Positions 58,519 through 64,000 of a stretch of 64,000 bases of DNA are shown here, piece after piece. Position 1 is the first letter of the stretch; each line of letters starts with the position of its first letter. The notes under the pieces are model-generated. The model did not search any database. It saw nothing but the letters and a program-made list of their open reading frames with translations, and had not been told where the DNA came from. The position numbers and the translations under genes are program-made. The DNA comes from an uncultured Planctomycetia bacterium (lineage in GTDB: Bacteria; Omnitrophota; Gorgyraeia; 1-14-0-20-64-10), in the NCBI GenBank assembly GCA_964597545.1, contig CAZQXN010000001.1, positions 5,655 to 69,654 on the forward strand. The letters are read 5' to 3'.

Positions 58519-58567
58519 CGACCCGCGCATTACGAATGCGCTGCTCTACCAACTGAGCTACGCCGGC
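58519..58567 (-). pseudogene. 5' fragment of tRNA-Thr(CGU) (acceptor stem through variable loop), includes right att core 58519-58536
   Basis: Revcomp GCCGGCGUAGCUCAGUUGGUAGAGCAGCGCAUUCGUAAUGCGCGGGUCG. The sequence that follows is not tRNA-like. Confidence 0.7.
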
Positions 58568-58577
58568 TTGGAAAACC

Positions 58578-58625
58578 GGTACCGGGTACAATGTACCCGG
58601 TACCGCAATGCGGGTACCGCAATGG
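58578..58625. repeat. GGTACCGGGTACA/TGTACCCGGTACC inverted-repeat motif (copy C) plus GCAATG-CGGGTACC-GCAATG
   Basis: Same 13-bp arms occur at 40598-40610/40633-40645, 9300-9312 (plus a degenerate arm) and 63131-63144. Confidence 0.6.
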
Positions 58626-58626
58626 A

Positions 58627-59163
58627 CTACAGGGCGGAGAGGACCTCTTTGAAGTGGCCGTCCACCGTGACCTTGGGGAAGACCTTGGAGATCTTTCCGG
58701 TCTCGTTGATCAAGAAGGTGGCCCGGTCCAGCCCCACGTACCGCTTGCCGTAAAGGGACTTCTGTCTCCAGACATCGTAGGACTTGAGCATCTCCTTGTT
58801 CTCGTCACTGAGGAGCGGGAAGTTGAGATCATGTTTTTGCTTGAAGCTGCGGTGAGAAGAGACCGGGTCGGCACTGACTCCCAACACCACCGCCCCGCGG
58901 CGCTTGAGCTGATGCGCTCCGTCTCGAAAAGCACAGGCCTGCCGCGTGCAGCCCGGGGTGTGGTCCTTGGGATAGAAGTAGAGCACCACCTTCTTGCCCC
59001 GGTAATCAGTGAGGTTGACGCGGCTTCCGGCGTCACTCAACAGGGTAAAGTCCGGCGCCTTGCGCCCAGCCTTGAGTGTAGTGCTGTTGGCGCCGTTGCT
59101 CTTCGATTTGGAAGTGGCTCGTTTCTTGGATGTCGTATTGCGCTTGCTGCTTGTTTTTGCCAT
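58627..59163 (-). CDS. bcp: thiol peroxidase Bcp (peroxiredoxin Q type) with Lys/Ser/Thr-rich N-terminal extension
   Basis: YFYPKDHTPGCTRQACAFRD active-site motif. First ~25 aa are basic low-complexity. Confidence 0.85.
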   Translation of the reverse strand: MAKTSSKRNTTSKKRATSKSKSNGANSTTLKAGRKAPDFTLLSDAGSRVNLTDYRGKKVVLYFYPKDHTPGCTRQACAFRDGAHQLKRRGAVVLGVSADPVSSHRSFKQKHDLNFPLLSDENKEMLKSYDVWRQKSLYGKRYVGLDRATFLINETGKISKVFPKVTVDGHFKEVLSAL

Positions 59164-59182
59164 GAGTCTCTCCTGTTTGTTC

Positions 59183-60540
59183 TTATTTTAATTGAAGTAA
59201 GAGTAGTCCAAAGGCGAGTGCCAAAGTCGGCAGGGTGATGGCCAAGCCTGGGGCCAGCCATCGGGCAAAGGTGATTTTTTCTTTCTCGCGCTCGAGCATA
59301 CCGATGGCCACAATGTTGGCGGTGGAGCCAATCATCGTGGCATTGCCCCCAAAGGTCCCACCGAAGAGGAGTGCCCACCAGAGAAAATCAATCGGAAAGC
59401 CAGCCGTTCCCAAGTCAGCGACCACCGGCACAAAGATGGCCACCGCCAAAACGTTGTCCAGGAAGGCGGTTAAGAGGGCCGAGACGCCAAGGACCAGCCC
59501 CATCAAGACCCCCTGGCTGGAGCCGGCAACACCGGCTAAGCCCTCAGCCATCCGGTCGGTGACCCCAACGTACTGAAGGGTGCCCACCGAGGAAAAGAGC
59601 AGAAGAAAGAACATCAGCGTCCACCAATCGACCCGCCGCTCCACCAGCTCTCTGGCCTTCTCCCGGGTAATCAGCAAGGCCACCCCAGCCATAAAGAGGG
59701 GGACCCCCAAGAGCAGGGTGTTCTTGGGCAGGTGGAGGATGTGCTCCATCTGATGGTGGAGGACAAGCCCTGCAATGGTAAGGACAAAGATGATCCCTGC
59801 CTGCCGAAAGTCCTTGCGGTCGTACTGCTCAACGGTAATGGTCTCATCTTTGGTTTTTCGGATGTTCCGAACCAGCTCTCCCAGGGGCTTTCTGAAGTAG
59901 AGGTAGCTGATTCCGATGGTCGTCACCAGGCCCACCAAGGCAATGGGGGTCGCCCAGCGCAGGAAATCCGCAAAGCTCAAGCCCGCCCGCAAGGCAATCA
60001 ACACCCCAACCGGGTTACCCACCACAGTCGCCGAGGAGCCGATGTTGGTGGCAAAGACGATCATGACCACAAAAGGGAAAGGGGGCAGCTTCAGCTTCCT
60101 CACCAGCTGAAGCGTTAAGGCAGTCATGAAGAGGATGGAGGTCACCTCATCCACCAGGGCCGCCGAGATAAAAGCCAGGCACATCATTGCCGGAAAGAGG
60201 AGCCCCGCCCGGTGGCTGACTGCGGCCAGCAATCGCTCCAGCAGAACATCAAAGAATTTCCGCTCCTCCAAGAAGCCGATGATGATCATCATCGCCACCA
60301 AGAAGAGGATGATGTCGAGATTGGCAAAGTGGATGAGGTTGGGAATGTCTATCAACTGGGTGGCCAGCAGACAGGTAATGCCGATCAAGGCAAAGGCCAA
60401 ACGGAACTGCCAGTAAAAGAGGGTCCCCAAGATAAAGCAGGAAAAGATCCCAACTGCCATCACCTGCTGGGGGTTGAGCTGTGCGATCGAGGCGCGGGTG
60501 ATGATGATCGCCAGTATTCCAAAGAACCACGGGAGTTTCT

Positions 60541-60544
<4 letters not shown>
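59183..60544 (-). CDS. ArsB/NhaD-family (DASS-like) anion/cation permease
   Basis: Start at MKKLPWFF with an ATGA overlap to atpC. About 12 TM helices. CitMHS/ArsB superfamily pattern. Confidence 0.65.
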
Positions 60545-63117
<2,573 letters not shown>

Positions 63118-63125
63118 GAAGGGTC

Positions 63126-64000
63126 CTAGTGGGTACCCGGTACCAGCGTTGACTTAAACTTCTCGACTGCTGAGTCCAGCTTCTTGGCCAAATTGTCGTC
63201 TAACACCTGCTTGCTCTCAATCTCATGCATGAGCTCAGGATGCTTCTTCTCCAGGAAGATCAGGAGCTTTTCCTCAAAGGAGGGGATGCGCTTAACCTCG
63301 CAATCGTCAAGATACCCCTCGATCCCGGCAAAGAGGGCCACCACCTGATGGGCAAGTGGCTTGGGGGCATATTGACCCTGCTTGAGCACCTCCACCATCC
63401 GCTCGCCGCGGGCAAGCTGTTTCTGGGTGGCGCGGTCCAAGTCCGAGCCAAACTGGGCAAAGGCAGCCAACTCTCGATACTGGGCCAGATCCAACCGGAG
63501 ACGCCCCGCAACCCGCTTCATCGCTTGGGTCTGGGCGTTGCCGCCGACGCGCGAAACCGACAACCCCACGTTGATGGCCGGCCGCACCCCGGAATAGAAG
63601 AGGTCGGGCTCCAAGTAAATCTGGCCGTCGGTAATGGAGATGACGTTGGTGGGAATGTAAGCAGCGATGTCTCCGGCTTGCGTCTCGATGATGGGCAGCG
63701 CCGTGAGTGAGCCTCCACCTTGTTTGTCAGAAAGCTTGGCAGCCCGCTCCAGTAAGCGGGAGTGGAGATAAAAGACATCCCCGGGATAGGCCTCGCGCCC
63801 TGGGGGGCGCTTGAGCAACAGGGAAAGCTGTCGGTAGGCCTGCGCATGCTTGGAGAGGTCATCGTACATGACCAGGGCATGTCCGCCGTTGTACAGGAAG
63901 TGCTCACCCATGGCACAACCGCTGTAGGGTGCTAAGAACTGCAGCGGGGCCGGATCTTCAGCGGTGGCGCTGACGATGATCGTGTGGTCCATCGCACCGT
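63126..64000 (-). CDS. atpA: F0F1 ATP synthase subunit alpha (C-terminal part; N-terminus beyond window end)
   Basis: Alpha-subunit C-terminal nucleotide-binding and helical domains. The ORF runs off the window. Confidence 0.9.
   Translation of the reverse strand, partial: GAMDHTIIVSATAEDPAPLQFLAPYSGCAMGEHFLYNGGHALVMYDDLSKHAQAYRQLSLLLKRPPGREAYPGDVFYLHSRLLERAAKLSDKQGGGSLTALPIIETQAGDIAAYIPTNVISITDGQIYLEPDLFYSGVRPAINVGLSVSRVGGNAQTQAMKRVAGRLRLDLAQYRELAAFAQFGSDLDRATQKQLARGERMVEVLKQGQYAPKPLAHQVVALFAGIEGYLDDCEVKRIPSFEEKLLIFLEKKHPELMHEIESKQVLDDNLAKKLDSAVEKFKSTLVPGTH

Noticed and set aside
63131-63144. Motif copy D interpreted as an intergenic regulatory site
   Set aside because: It actually lies within the last codons of atpA (encodes ...LVPGTH). 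It is kept as a member of the motif family but not called a promoter element.

Overview
GC-rich (~60%) bacterial chromosomal window, densely coded and mostly on the minus strand. Housekeeping content: rluB-like pseudouridine synthase, peroxiredoxin, an mpgS/SSS-transporter/mpgP mannosylglycerate cluster, ftsB-eno-purN, trxA, NfeD-stomatin pair, pntAA-pntA2-pntB transhydrogenase, a glycosyltransferase block with uppP, and at the far end atpA(partial)-atpG-atpD-atpC. The largest operon is a complete energy-converting group-4 [NiFe] hydrogenase: NuoH/B/C/D-like catalytic module with CGIC and DPCYCC large-subunit motifs, a full MrpA-G antiporter module, HycI-like protease, and a short HypA-like gene. 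It is preceded by AsrA/AsrB (HydB/HydG)-like NAD(P)H-linked FeS/flavin subunits and a ferredoxin. Next come a GT4/GH65-phosphorylase/beta-phosphoglucomutase operon and a CsoR-regulated CusCBA-type RND efflux system plus an ACR3 arsenite exporter. Three items stand out. (1) An initiator-like tRNA(CAU) gene is interrupted in its anticodon loop by a 267-nt group I intron carrying P/Q/R/S-like elements. (2) A ~10.6 kb integrative element lies between two halves of a tRNA-Thr(CGU) gene, flanked by an 18-bp direct repeat. It carries its own intact, sequence-diverged tRNA-Thr(CGU) next to a tyrosine integrase, plus Xis/AlpA-like and XRE regulators, an AT-rich two-gene cassette, and tandem TGTTAGCAC repeats near both ends. 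(3) Cargo on that element includes a 909-aa protein combining an N-terminal wHTH, a PD-(D/E)xK/Mrr-like nuclease motif, a STAND/AAA-type P-loop NTPase and a long helical C-terminus, followed by a 543-aa helical partner. This is a candidate undescribed Avs-like antiviral system. A GGTACCGGGTACA/TGTACCCGGTACC palindromic motif recurs at four loci. No CRISPR array or rRNA was found.
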